Notes: a model not told the origin generated them from the letters alone. Positions 1-24,645 are shown, counted from the stretch's first letter. The stretch is 64,000 bases of DNA from Chrysomallon squamiferum (GCA_012295275.1 CM022665.1:35340001-35404000); one strand, 5' to 3'. Numbers and translations: made by a program.

Positions 1-3000
1 ATGTAGGAAGATCCGTAATGCTAAAAACAAAAATTATGTGGCCTGAAAGTCCATAGGAATCCGAGTACACAAAAGCATACTGAACTCCAAATTGAAGTAC
101 TAATGGATATGCCCTGCGCAATCTGGAGAATGCCACGCCTTTTACCGATCGTAGGAAAGCACAGCGCAATTTTAAGATAGTGCAGACCTGCCAATCGTGC
201 GGAACGTATACGTCACATGTAAGTTATGACACTACCACAAACAATAACATATACGTTATTAGTTTTGTTTTTCATTAACTCGTATAGCTGTAGCAACATT
301 AATATTTAATAATTATATATCAGTTGTTGTTAGTAAACTAAAAAAAAATCGTGAAACAAATTAATTTCTAATTATTGATTAATGTGAACTAAACTACTAC
401 CTGTACAGTGTACGTATAAAATATTCTTTTAATAGCTTCTGTTGTTGTGCATTTTAAGTTATCGCCCTTGCTGATCCACTGTGTAAAAAGTCCGATATAA
501 AAATTCCTGAGATCCGTATTCAATTCATTCAATGAAATTCATGACCATTGACAGTATATTTAATTATTTATTTCAAAATTAATTTTCTTTTGATTGAAAA
601 CTTCCCATACGAAATGTTTTTTTTTGTGACTCAATGTAAAAAAATTACAAGAAAATTTGTGTCTATTAAATATGTATCATAGTAATATGAAAATTAAAAT
701 TAAATTAATCTCACCAGAACAAAAAATATTTAAGAAATTTTTGATGTATTCTTATTGTATATGATTTTATACTACTGGGCTATTCCTAATATTAAATCAT
801 TTTTCATTCTTTTTTTCAAGCATCTATTGTGATGCTGTTTGTTATTTCAATATAAACCTTTGCTAATAATAATAAATTACATTAAAATAATGAGCCAGAC
901 TGTAGTGAGGTGCAACAAATTATTCCTCCTTTTCTTTTCTTTTTAAAAAATAAACTTCATTAAACATGCAACTTGTTCATGACAAGCTGGTCTTTGGTGT
1001 AAATAAAATGGAATGAAAGACAAGTGAACAGTCTCTCTATCTCATCTGTTTGTCTCATTGTGTCTTTGTCTTTTCTACTTGTCTCTCACTCTACATAAAT
1101 GTCAGTTTATCTAAACAGTCTAGTTGTCTATCCATCCATTCATATAACACAGAGTACTCAAATTGTCTGAAAGAACTTGAGGAACCCATGACTTTCATGC
1201 AGTGAATTAATGAGTCAGTGAAAATGAATGATGAGAAAACTGACGAACAAAATAATAAAAAGTAGCAATTAAGCAATATATTCATCTAAATATCCTTGCT
1301 TTTTAATTTTAAACAACGTGTGTATCTTTATTTTGTCATAATTTTTGTTGCTGTTTGTAGTGAATGCATAGTATTTGTTAATAACTTAACAGCCACTTGT
1401 GGGCTTTTAATTTTCCGTATTATCAACAAAAAATGAAGCTTTTTGTTTGTATACACTCTATCTTGTTTTAGCCTGTTTTATGGAAGGATTAATTATCCAG
1501 TTTCATCTAAACAATATAAATTTCTGAGTGCTAACTATTTGAAAATTGAATATATATTTTAAATGCAAAACTAAAATAATTAAACATAATTCAAATTTGT
1601 ATTATAATGTAATGCAATTTTATAAATTATTACATTATTTCAAAAATATATATATATATATTTTATTTTTTACCTGTTGCTGTACTTTCCCCCCCCCCAA
1701 AAAAAGAAGAAAAATGCACTTTCACCTGAAAAATGCTTTTCATAACATTATAAAACCAAATGTATGGAAATAACACACGTAAATCGTATTCAGCATACAT
1801 TACTTTTAGATCTATTCATATCCATGTTGGTAAGCATAATTAATTGTTGCCTTTTAGGTGCTAATATTATTATAAACGACCACGCAATGCACTACTTTTT
1901 TATTTTTCTCGTCAGAAGGTCTGCTCACGTTTCAATCCTTACAATCGTCCATCCAAACTATATAATATACATCTTACATTAGCATGTCTCTATCACGAAC
2001 TAGTTTAATTTATATGTCATTTCCAAGGTTCCGACTGTGTCCAGTTTACTATTCTGAGATTACTTCACCGTTAAATCGTTACAAGTCGCATAAAGCAAAA
2101 ATAGTTCCTGTGATAGTTTGACAGACTTATAACATGCGAATCGTGACCAGTCTAATGTCTACTTCATGAAAGCGTAACGTAATTCGTCATGTTAACCAGT
2201 AAAAAAACCAGGCATATTTGTCGGGTATGAAGGTTGCATATAAAATAAAATAAAAATTAAATTCTGCCATAATTTATATTAGAATGAGAGAATATGAAAA
2301 GAAGCCAACCTAAATTAGCTAGGATCACGAAAGAAACATAGACATCTACACATTAGTTTCTTTTTCCATTTCAATTACTGATATCGATTAAATATGTTTA
2401 CATAGTTTTTACATAAATTATATCAAATTAGCATCTATGAAATTCATTTGTGGGCCTGTTCAGGAGATATACTCAGTAAATGTGTGACGATTTCTGTTGA
2501 TAAAATGAACGGTTATTGGGTGCACTGAGGAAGATAGAAACGTGGGGTGCAACATGCTCGTGTTCTGATCTCTAGTAATCTCGAGGCCGATATTTTGTTT
2601 CATTAAACTAATTATTTCGTAGAATAATATGGAAATTATAAACAACACATTGCAATATAACTTCAGCGAAATATTTGTTTACCTCTGCTTTTTTCATTTA
2701 TTCTTAAATATCAAAAATCCGGTGTAAATTACTTTGTACATGAAACATACGCATTAATTTCTTCTTTTTTAAAATTATTTTTATTTATTTATTTATTTTT
2801 AAATATGTATTTTTTATATATACATACCAACAATCAAAAGAAATCCTTCAAACAAAACCAGAAATAAACATACTAAAAATGCATTCATTTATTTTTATCT
2901 TGATTTATAAATCTAGCTAAAAGAGACTGGATAAAATCACCAAAGAAGTGAACAAAGGAACTATGGAATGATTATTATTATATTTTAAAAGTTTAAAGAA

Positions 3001-5513
3001 GAAGAAGAAGAAGAAAGAAAGAACAAAATTTAAAAAAAAGAAGAAAATATTAACAACAGATAAACACATACGAAATGCACTATTTTTAATTTATATATTT
3101 TTTAATTATCTGATTTCCAATTTATGTTTACAACAAATATAAAAAATCAAACAACAACAAACAAATAAACGTTAAAGCTATGAAAATGAAATGCAATTAA
3201 TTAACGAAAATCGTTAAAATAAAAATAAGTATTATTAATCGAACAGTTACGATTGAGAGAGTAAACAAGCTTTTAAAAATAAAAATGATTCTGTTTAGTC
3301 ATAATACCAATTAAAAAAAAAATTAATAATAATAATAATAAAGCAGAGAAAACAGAGACAATTAATAAAAACGATTCTCGTGCCAAGTTCAGCATTTATC
3401 CGTAAGTTACTAAAATAGATCAATTCCAAACATTTCTTACAACCGATACTGCAGATTTACTTCCGCATATTTACGATCATTCACTTTAATACGGCTTCTG
3501 TTCGAATTAACAGTATTACGATTGGATTAAAACGTCGCTAGGTGTGGTTTCGTTTCGGTCCAGTTCACATAGTTTGTTTATTAACTTTTCCCCATAATAT
3601 TAATTTATAATACTATCCTGGGGATATGTTTATAAAATGTTATTTTCAAGATTAGTGAAATCAGCTGGGATTTTAACATCGTATTACTATTAGTTTTAGC
3701 CATCGGTTCACATTTGGCACATGTAATTAATTTCATTATTGGAAAATAACAGTGGCTAATTGTACGACTCATAAGAAGCCGTTAATACAAACAAAACTTA
3801 CACACCATATGAAATAATTTTCTTTTTTTAAATCATTAAATTAAAATAATACTAATACTAATACTATTAATGCTAATAGTAGTAGTGGTAGTAGTAATAA
3901 TAATAATGATGATGGTGATTATGATAAATCTAAATAATGCAAAATCATGCCTAATTTTAAAATTAAAATAAAGTGTACAAATAATTACAGTGTGTGTGTA
4001 TATATATACACACACACACACACACATACATACATACATACATACATATAAATAGATAGATAGATAGATATGCATATATGTTCATATATATATACATATA
4101 CAACTTACTGTATATACAAACAAAACAAAGTATGCAAAAAAAAAAAAAAAAAAAAGCACCTAATAATCCCCTTAATTCCTCCCTTTATCCACCAGAATGC
4201 TTAGGCTACTTATTTAGTTATACGGATATATATATATATTTTAAATTTATATATCGATATGGATTATACAAAATATGGCACAGGTACAAATAATTGTGTG
4301 AGTGTGTGTGTCTGCGCGTGCGGTTTCTCATGCTGTAAGAAACATTGAACTAATCACATAATTTACAATATGAACTATTTAAATAGTTTAGAAAATGATG
4401 AATATCGATCTAGTAATCAGAATTTACATACTTTCAATGAAAATGGTTGTCATTCCCTACAAAGTTCATTTTTCATTTTTCAGATTCTTAAATATGGAAA
4501 CTAACTTTAACTATGAATCACGGGACACTGATGTACTAAAATTGCTGAATCATACAGAAACTTGTTTCGTAAGAGTTCTTTAACTTGTTTATCTGAAAAT
4601 AAACTTTAGCCTTTCATACACCGACAGTCATTAATCTGCTCTTAAATCGGTTGCCTTAGACCGGAACGCTTCTGTGTACTTAAATGAAAAAATATTGTTT
4701 AAGACGCCTCCATTCGTTTCCGAGAAGAGACCTCTGACTTAGACAACAATTAAACGTAATATTTCTATTAAGTGAAAAAAAAAATAATAATAATAAAAAA
4801 AAATAATAATAATAATAATAAATAAATAAAAATACAACAACAAAACAATATCCCTATTATCACCAACACACCTCTAGCCCGTTAATAGGAATAAAATAGA
4901 ACATATACAAACACTCACCCCCACACACATACACACAAACTCGTGACTTTAGTACGGATTCGTATGGCAGATAAGATTTCTATAGTACAATTATACACAA
5001 ATATTTATTTATATATAAGTAAGTACTTGTGTATACTTTTGTGATTTATATATACGTAGTGGGGTTTGCCTAACTGACGTAAATAGGTCTCAGTATCTGT
5101 TTCAGTAACTCACTATCATCAGTCTTTGATATATTCCCCCGACTATAGCTTACCAATGTCAAAAAGGTTCGCAGAAAAGTGCTTACCCGGAAAACTATCG
5201 CATAGTTATGGTTACGCAGAATGACTTAGTGTGAATTTGCTATTTAAAGACGCCAGCGATAATTCATGTCCATTATTAATGTTTTTTTCTGTTTGATACA
5301 AATCTTGATGGAACTTTACGCTGAGGTAATATCAGTTTTAATATTTGTATTTTGTATTTATAATTTTGACTTTTCTTACATACATTTATTTAAGATCTAA
5401 AATATTTTAAAAACAAGAAGTAAACAATTATCAGTTTATTACTTTTTTAAAGTAATAATGATTATTAAAATAATAATAATAATAATAATTGTTGTTGTTG
5501 TTGTTGTTATTAA

Positions 5514-5564
<51 letters not shown>

Positions 5565-5785
5565 AAATAACAAAAACAAGTAGATCTGTTCAAATTTAAA
5601 TTTAATATATATTTTTTTATGTTTTTTCCTTAATTGTTATTATACTTGAATCGTTTTGTTACATGGCAGAATTTTATTTATATAAAAAATATAATTTCTT
5701 AATTTAAGTCCATGCGTATATTATCTTGACTGATGTGCAGGCCTTGATGAATTTTTTTTATTTGTTACTGATGTATCAAATATTA

Positions 5786-5789
<4 letters not shown>

Positions 5790-5873
<84 letters not shown>
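5790..5873. repeat. (CT)n microsatellite
   Basis: Perfect TC/CT dinucleotide run of about 84 bp. Confidence 0.97.
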
Positions 5874-5875
<2 letters not shown>

Positions 5876-6819
5876 CTGTAGTTTTTTCCATAATAATAAA
5901 TTATTATTTGTTTTATTTTAAAAATTAACAAAATTCATAAGAATGAATTTTCGTATTACATTAACATTACAGATTGCTTTCAAATTCAGTATTAATGACA
6001 TATATACACATACGTACATACACGTACTTACAAACACACAAACATACAGAATATGGGCACATTCTTACACATACACATACATGCATACATACACACATAC
6101 ATGCATACATATAAGAATTCATGTGATTGTATGTTCGTCTGTGTGTATGTGTGTGAACGCGTGATAGAGCGTGTGTTATACATGTTGAGGTAAAATCCTT
6201 TTAGTTGCAGATTTTCGGCTTTAACATTTATAACATATACAAGATTGCAGTATAGGATAACACCTCCTCGTTTGTGTACGTGACGGAGATTATACATGTC
6301 ATTTGCCATCTTAAGTAATCATTTTGTTTAAAATTTAGTAGGAACAGATGTACTTAACAAAAATAATTATACTCGGCGCATATAACAATACATTTAGTTT
6401 TTTTTTTTTTAATATTATAGGATTAGGACACGTATAGATCGTGTCATTAACAGCGTCTACAGACGCATAATAATATCCTAAGCAGTATTTAATTATGCTT
6501 ATATTCGTTTAGATATTTAAACATACATGTATATAGATTATAGCTGAAGTTTAATAACAGAGTAGTGCGTGTAATCTGTAAGATAACTTCCCGGTTCAAC
6601 AAGTAGTAAAACTGATATAAAACCTGTATTTTTCACAAAAGATATCGTTAACATACCATATGTGCTGAAATCGTTTTGTGTTTTTTTTTCCTTTTATTTA
6701 TTATTTTTATTACTATTACTTTAATATTGCCAACCGGCGATTCATTGTTATCATATATGTAAATATTCCTGCGTGTGTGTATAACGTTCATGTGTGATAA
6801 ATTTTATACATTTGTACAT

Positions 6820-7085
6820 ATATATATATATATACATACAAACACACACATACACACTCATATACACATGTACATTTGCAAATTAATTTGTAGTTGTATG
6901 CAGGAAATCATGCATGCGTAGTTGCATACAGACGTGCCTGCAGACATACATGCATGATACACAAACATACAAACGTACAGTCACACATAAGACACACATA
7001 CAGTCACACACACATACATACATACATACATACTTATATGCATACATACATACATATATCCATCCACATATACAGACATACACGT
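6820..7085. repeat. Degenerate (TA/CA/TACA)n low-complexity tract
   Basis: Mixed ACAC/ATAC/CATA repeats; these explain the spurious H/T/Y-rich and V/C/M-rich ORFs here. Confidence 0.85.
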
Positions 7086-10000
7086 ATTGATGTTTAACAT
7101 AATTTTTGTAGACTTCAAACGTGTGTGACACTGTCATTCAAATCTGAATTTGATGACGATGATGACACGGGAGACTGCTGACTATTAGCACATTGTTTTA
7201 CACTAGTTAAACTCAAGTTGTCTGGGTTTGTTTAGCCACAAAAGGCTATTGCCAGAAAGCGATGTGAAGTGGTGAATACGGATGCTGTTTGATGAAAAAG
7301 AGTGAAGAATGATCGTTTAAACAGTTTACAGGTTGACTAAGTGAATGCACGGAAACCACATCCTAAAACTGTCGATGATTAATGAAATAAATATTAGCAG
7401 TTATGTACCTTCGATAAGTGAATCTTTATTTTAATAAATAGTATCCTGGAAACAGTATCATGGCAAATAATTGATATCGTTTAATGACATGGCTATTAAT
7501 AATATATATATATATTAAATTGTGGAAATAAAGTGAAATAAAATCAAATTGCAATTATATAATACAATGTATAATTTAACTGTTTTAGATAATGATGGAA
7601 ATGGGAGTACGCAGTGGGGGGTGGGTGTTCCAGTTTATGTCCAGTACATTTACCAGTACAAAAATGTTAATTAGCTAGCCTTTGTCAAACTTCTATCAGT
7701 TAAAATTAACGTGTTTATTTTGTCTAATTATAATTGCTTATTGTACGTGTCTTATCATAAGACATAATCTTTCTTTAATAAATTAATAGTATTTACACGA
7801 TCTTCTTGAATTACAAATTGTTCGATAAAACTGATGGCTTAGCTTTCTGTTAATGAATGGTGTAAAATACAATTCATGTATTAAAAAGTTAAATATAATG
7901 TATAGTTTAAACCATATATTTCTTACCGGTCTTAAAAAGTATAAATTTTATAAATGGAGTTAAAGCTTTTATTATATTATAAAGTTACCCCAAAAAAGGT
8001 TTTTAAAATAAATTTAAGCATTATTTAATAATAATAATAATAAATAAATAAATAAAAATAATAAATGTTGGTACTATTAATTTATTTTGGGCAGTCTGCT
8101 CCTGGCGTGGCCTGGTTTAGGTATTGGGAAACTGTCAAGTCCCTGTTCTTTTCATTTTGTTTCTTTTTTTTAATGGTTTTTTTTTTTTTTTTTTTTTTTT
8201 TGTTAAATAGATTATGTTAATTATATAAAATTATTAGTTAAATATAAATAATAATAAAATAAAATAGTAACACATGAAATATATAACGTAAAATTCCCTT
8301 GTTTTGAGAGGTCCTTTTAACCTTTAGGTTTAGTTATGTCAAAATCCGCCTCTAGGTGCTGACGAGAGTTACTATTTGTTTCGATGACCTAAACAATCTA
8401 GTTTAAAAAGGCAGTCACAGAAAGGCAAACTTCCTGGATAAAATATCGAAAGTGTTCGTATCTATCTATCTATTTATATGTTTATGTGTTTGTATCTCCT
8501 ACAGTCACTAAAAACAGTGGCATGATTACTAGATATATTTCAATATTTTCGGTCACTGAGACAAAAGATATAGCGTTTATGTTTGTATTTAACATCTGAA
8601 ATCGTAAACTCATTAACGAAACAGGTGTTTTTGCTGTTGTTGCTGTTGCTGTTGCTGTCGCGGTTGTTGCTGTTGTTATTGTTATTTAAAATGACAGCCT
8701 CAAATGACACGCTACTATTTTTAGTAACGAATGATAAGCTACACATTTTTCACTACGCAACTTAAACAGAGAAATAACTCAATCTCACTCTCTGTCTCAG
8801 CGTCAGAATTGTGACGTAACTTCTTTACAATGAAGGGATTTTCTAATTTGCGTCGAAGCTTGTGCATTGTAAACAAAGTAGGTCATGTATGACGTGCACA
8901 TACGCGATATCATATTAGTTCATTTACCTGCATTCTCGTTATCTATCTATCTATCTATAGATAGATAGATAGACAGATAGACGCATCACTAAGATGATCT
9001 GGGCTCATATGAATCGATCTGTATGTGTAACTTAACTGACACATCGTACAGCTATGTGGGTGTGTAAGGGCGTGGTCAGTGCTGAATTATTATTATTATT
9101 ATTATTTTGTTACTATTTTTTTTCCCCTTCCACTTGTTGTTATTTACTTAGCTGCAATAATAATGATGACAGTAGTACGCAGTTAAATGTAATAAAAGTG
9201 TAGTAATAGTAGTAGTAAGAACATTTAATTATTTTATCTCATTTAAGGTAATTAATATAAAACTCACTATTCCTACAATAATATTATATTATATTATATT
9301 ATAAAATGAAATATTATATTATCAGTTATTGATAAAGATTCTATTCCTTCATAAATAGTTGTTTCTTTTCTACATGATTCTGAAATATACTAGTTACACT
9401 GACAAGAGAAATAAATAAACTCCTTTCATGATTCTGCCAGAAGCCAAAATGACAGTTACACACAGTCCAGTTTAACCATTAGGCTATATATAGCCGGGTC
9501 GTGACGTTCGACATGTCAGCTGCATTTCTGTGTCACGGTTTGGGTAATGCGTGACAAAGTGATCCGTAAAGCTCCCAGGTAATATGTGGCGCGGTTTTCT
9601 TGAACAGTTATTACAGGAATAAAACAAACGAAGAGGCAAGGCACAGGTAAATTAGCTGTGATATTTTTTTGTCTGTGCCATTTCATAATAGAGCTGACTT
9701 TTGTTATATGTATGTGCGTGTGCGTGGATATATACATATATGTATGTATGTATGTACGTTTGTACGTATGTATGTATGTATGGATGCCTGGGGTCTGTTA
9801 ATTTAGGACTTGCAGACTAAGGACCATGTAATTACTCTGTTGTGAATGAATATTTTAATAACAATGCATACCCCCTTATTTTCTGCCAACAGATAGTCTT
9901 ATTTATTTACAAACCAAAACATTTCGTTACACGGTTTCTGTAGCGAAATCCTGGTTCGCCCCTGTATTATTTTGTATCTTCTACGACATACATCATTATA

Positions 10001-10757
10001 TCCATGTATTCAGGTAATTTAGACCATTACACCCTTATCAAAACTTCCATTAAATCATTCTTCCACTTTTTTCTTTCTTTTCTAAATGTTTAATTAAGAA
10101 ACAGAACGATTTTACAAACAGGTAAATAAATATATGGTGTATTCAAAATACACTGAACACCCCTAATATTGTTAGGTAATAATCGTGTATAATAAAAATA
10201 TTTTTAAAACTCCCCCTCCCTTTTTTAAAAAGAAATTACAACTATACGTATGCGCGCACCGACGCACCCAAACTCGCATACACATCTAGTTGTTCCTTTA
10301 CTATTATTTTGAGGTTTCTCTCATTTTTATTTTAAGTATGATTATAATAATTGATAATAGTTCTAAAGGTATTCAGTAATTATAATGAAATATTCTATAA
10401 GCATCGCAGCTGAGAATATTCAGCATGGTAATGATATATAAAATTTGTAAGATAATATTTTCGTAATACTAGTCATAGCAAGTTTCAAAAATAGCATTTC
10501 CTTCAACTGGTCTATATGTTTCCAGAATATACAATAAACCTATTTTGAAACAAGCTTGAACCGAGTTATTGACATCCGCATACTTCGTAAGCCTTCGGGC
10601 TGTGCCGTATAAATTTGTTTATATTCGATGTTTCAAATACGACAGCACAGCCTTCAGTTCACGTGACCCTATTTTGATTGGCATTTGCATATTCTCTACC
10701 AGGAAGTTAAAGAAGAATGCTGGGATAGATATTTGCTCTTGTTTAGGCATAGATTGC

Positions 10758-10809
10758 ATGGCGGATTATCCTCGTAAAATGCAACATTTTCTGGTTTTGG
10801 GTCTGTGTA

Positions 10810-10823
<14 letters not shown>
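10758..10823 (+). other. Upstream ORF overlapping the Regnase start codon (MADYPRKMQHFLVLGLCNGRG*)
   Basis: ATG at 10758 (tgcATGg) is out of frame with the main ATG at 10810 and stops at TGA 10821-10823. Inclusion in the mRNA is not proven. Confidence 0.5.
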
Positions 10824-20237
<9,414 letters not shown>

Positions 20238-23200
20238 TGTGTTGGAAGTATTATTACACCACAACACATTCGTGTCATTCACAATATGAACTGTGGATAT
20301 CGGTATGGAATTTAATGCATTCCAAAAAGAAATTTGTCTTTAAATATTATTGGTTGCCTTTTAACATTTGAAAGCACAGGTAATGTAAATCAGTAGTGTG
20401 TTCATACATATGTATGTATGTATATATATAATTTTTTTTTTTTTTTTTTAATTATTAAATCTATAATCTATTGGTAACATTTTATAAACTAACTTTTAGT
20501 TGTTTTTGTTGTTTTTTAAGAATATTGTTTCAATATTGTATCTTGATATTGCTGGATTGGTTAGACATTTATGATGAATGTTTTCCCTGTAGGCAAAATA
20601 GTTACTGAATTTCATGTCACTTGTACGGTGATACTTAAGTACCTCGATTTGAGGCTTTCTTGTTTTGTTTTTATATGATTGTTGTTGAGTGGATACAGCA
20701 TATTAATAAAAATCTGAGATAAAAACTTCTTGTTTATTAAATATTTTGAAAATTATGGTCACTTTATGATAAAAATTTTAATTTATACCACAGTGGTTTA
20801 ATTCTTAAATGAATCATGGGTTTTATTTTTTATGATGAAAAATTAATATTGTTAATGTAAATAACAATGAAGTATAAAGTGAAAATGAAATTAGTTTCAA
20901 TCAGAGTGTAAAATTGCATTTAAAAAATACTTCTGTTTGAAAAGAATTATCTATAATAGATTTGTATTTGTAGTAGTTATTTCAGAGTAGTATTTTAATT
21001 TTGTGATTGCATTTTACATGTATCTCCAAATTATGTATTTTCAATATGCTGTGTTCACTAAACACAGATATCTTGGTACAAACAGAACTTTGTATGCTGG
21101 AAGTTAAAATGTTTCTTTGGATTAATTCAAAATTAATAATGTAAAACTTTTATATTAGCACTGTAAAATAGATGCAGAACTGTCTACTGTAAGATTGAGA
21201 AAGTGTGCTGGCCATTTTATATTAATAGTACCAACAGCCTGTTTATACATTTAACAAAACACCAACCACAGGTGATTAAAAGTAATGCTACATATCTTAT
21301 TAGTTTATTAATCATAAGTTTTAATTAAAAAAAAAAAAAAAAAAATTTAAAATTTAAAATTTTTAAATTTTTAAAAAAAAAGGAAAACAAATAATGAAAA
21401 AATAAATCTTGTTATATTAGATGCAACTGCAAAAGCACTATAAAATAATTATGTAGGAAATGTTCTGTTATTGAAAAAGAATATTTTTAGAAATAACCAC
21501 TGATGAAAGTTTGTATGTAAGCACTATTGTAATCAAAGTGATTAAAAATGTGTGTTTAACTGTTGGACATGAATAATAAAATGACTGTATTTTTTAATCC
21601 CTTTTAAATCAAATGTGGTTTTATTATAATGTATGTATGTATGTATATATATATGTATATTTTAAAATGTATTCTATAAATAATCATTAAAATGACGTTT
21701 CCTGTGAAAATGTTTGATGTAGTGCTGTTTTGTCAAGTTAATAAAGTGTCTTTTATAAATGAGAGATCTTTGTGTTCCACACCTGCCCTGACACAGAACA
21801 TTTTCAAGGAAGCTACAACAGTAGGGGGAAAAAATATATAGTATGAAAAAATGAAGAGAAAAAAAAAACTTAGTAGAAAATAAAAATAAAATTGATCTTT
21901 AGTATGTGTCTGTGTGGGTCACTTTGTATATACATTCATACATGTATATATTATATATAAGCAATACAAAAATGTGAGAAATGACATTTGAATGTGTTGT
22001 TGGTGTTAACATGTGTGCAATCTGAACAGGATTTCCTCATTTTCAAGATATTTTAATTTACCTGAAGATATAACTTGATAAAATGTGAAACTTCATATGA
22101 AATGCTTCACTGAAACGAGAACATTATTTATGTGACAGATATAACATCACTGCCCCTTTCTGTTACTTGCCAATATTATTTAAATGATACAACTTCTGTC
22201 TGCTGTGTCCATGAAATCGATGGTGTATGTTACTTCCTTAAATCCTGGATCTGCTCATTTAAGTGCAAACATGTTGTTGGTTTTTTTTTGTTTTTTTTTA
22301 TAAAGCTCAGGTAATGGTTGTCAATAAAAATACTGAAAGTGTAGTTATTGTTGTTAGCAGTAAGTTTTCTGTTATGTCTTTCATGATGTTAATTTTAAAT
22401 AGTAACTGATATTTCTTACATTCTTCTCTTCCAGTCTATCAAAATAATCTTTATTTTAGAAAGTTAACACAATATAATGATTCAGTAGTTTACTTTCATT
22501 AATATCAGCTATGAAATTACTAGTAACATTGCAAAGATATCACTGATGGAGTAATTATATATATATATATATATAAACATAGTGACCGTTTTTAATTCCT
22601 ATATGGAAATTAGTTTCAAAAATACTACATAAACTGCAGGAAAGGAGGGAGTGTTTTTAATTTCTTGTAAACTATATACAGGAAGTATGTGGCTACATAT
22701 GTACACATATTTGTTTACGCACATATATGTGCACTAGTTTGTTAGAGGAAATTAACATGCTTGATTTTAAGTGTCGTAAGGATGTGTGTGTGTGTGTTAC
22801 CGATAGATAATTGCATTTTAGAGCTCCTATATATCATTATATGATCTTGATTTGGTAATGGAAGATTTTATATAAATGAGCCAATATACAATTTATTTTA
22901 AATAAATTAAAGGAATTCCTGTTTCTATCAAAAGTATATATAATATTTTCCAATTTGATTTAGTAATATAAATATGTTTATCAGACAGACAAAACAACAT
23001 TAAAATACAAAGTAGGTATTTTATGTTGTGAAGAAAAAGAAATGGAACAAAAACAAACAAGCACAAAACAACAAAAATAACAAACAAAATAAGAAAAAAG
23101 AAAAAGACAGTACAATTAATTATATTTGTTACTTTTGCAGTGTAGGTTTTTTATTTTTTATTTTTCATTCCAATTGAGATTGCATTTTGTAATGTCTTGG

Positions 23201-23617
23201 TATATATTTTGTAATTTTGTGGTAAATAATAGAAAAGAATATAAACAGTGTAATTAGAATATTACTGAAGGGAAACTGCATAGCCTACTACGTGTGTATT
23301 GTTTTATAAACATATATAACACATTGACGGCAGCAAATTCTTCAGGGTTGTTGTTAATATATAATTATATGACTTTAGAGGAAGGTCTTCTAAACAAATT
23401 CATACATCAGTTTTAACTGAAATTCTTAAATAAGCTGAAATAAACATATTTAAAGGAAAAAAGTGAAACGTAAAAATAACAAAATAAAATAAAGAAATAT
23501 ATGATCTGAAAATTTCAGTAAAATTTGTTCACTGTAATGGCTTCTAAAAAGATCTAATCCCAAGGTATAGCCGTTAGGAAAGTCTATGTTTATCTTCAGC
23601 CAAGTTGTCTTTTTTAA

Positions 23618-23833
23618 GGGGACCTGCATCTAGCTTTCGGTAACTGACTGGTTTTATCGTGAATAAATGTGATATACACAATGAAAATACATTTTTGCCA
23701 CAGCCCTGCCATTTTATTTCCTTTGTTTACGTTCAGTGATGCTAAATTTGTTTGAATACGTATATGTTCCGCCATTTTAAACCTTTGTTACATTTTGCAT
23801 ACCGGCTGAAAGCTCTATTCCCCCCTCGCACTG

Positions 23834-23864
<31 letters not shown>

Positions 23865-24130
23865 TCGGCTGTTTCCGTGACTTATCGACTAAACAAGAAG
23901 ACCACCGCTTCTAAAATTATGTTAGTTGAGACGGTTGAATAAGCGACAATGATTGGCTAAGAAGAGTCACGCGACTGCAAAACCACGCTTCTTTGCTTAT
24001 CTGTCACCATTGTTTACGAAATTCTATCAACTATTTCACACAAATTTACCCAAATAAAATGTCAGACTGTAAGCTAAAACATGTAGTTACTTTCGGGGAA
24101 AAGATCAAATTCGACGCGCCCCGCAGATAA
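23618..24130. mobile_element. Possible truncated non-autonomous DNA transposon (Kolobok-like left end)
   Basis: Abrupt CpG-rich block starting TTAA|GGGGACC after the CpG-poor Regnase 3' region. No matching right TIR found; family call is inference. Confidence 0.3.
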
Positions 24131-24327
24131 TATTTTCTTAATATTACATTTTTCATTGAACCGTCTTTTGTTTTTGCATAGATCTGAGAGAATATTCAAC
24201 AGAATCTTTTGAAATTTTCAGATGTTTTTCATCACACAATACCCCATGTTATGAGGAATATTGACTAAAAAAAAAAAAATAATAATAATAATAATAATAA
24301 TAATAATTACAATATTTATATATATAA

Positions 24328-24645
24328 AAACCCGGTGGTGAGATCTATTCTTCAAATTTGGCTGATTTTTTAAGACAATGTCAGTTATACGTTAGAAAAG
24401 AGATATAACTGATTGGTCAAATGCACTCACATTTTGCAGGTAAATAGTTAAAATACATGTGTATGTTACAACAGAGAACAGTTATAGAGATCCAGATTTT
24501 TTAGCTGAAGCAGTGGACCCGATTTGCGTCCCACGAGACTTCGATATATATAATTATTATATCTCTTTTCTAACGTATAACTGACACTGTCTTAACAAAT
24601 CAGCCAAATCTGATCATTTGAAGAATAGATCTCACCACCGCGTTT
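24328..24645. mobile_element. MITE / foldback element with ~80-bp terminal inverted repeats
   Basis: 24328-24408 (aaacccggtggtgagatctattcttcaaat...gttatacgttagaaaagagatataa) is the near-perfect reverse complement of 24557-24645, apart from one small indel and a few mismatches; ~150-bp non-coding spacer; TSD not clear. Confidence 0.85.

Noticed and set aside
1-222. CpG-rich block with a ~73-codon open minus-strand frame running off the window edge
   Set aside because: No recognisable protein, no in-frame ATG or clear acceptor; CCAAT and CRE-like motifs suggest promoter or UTR sequence. Cannot be resolved at the edge.
3836-9737. Many 60-90 aa ORFs rich in I/Y/H/T/C/V/L/N
   Set aside because: Translations of microsatellites and low-complexity DNA; no splice-consistent structure.
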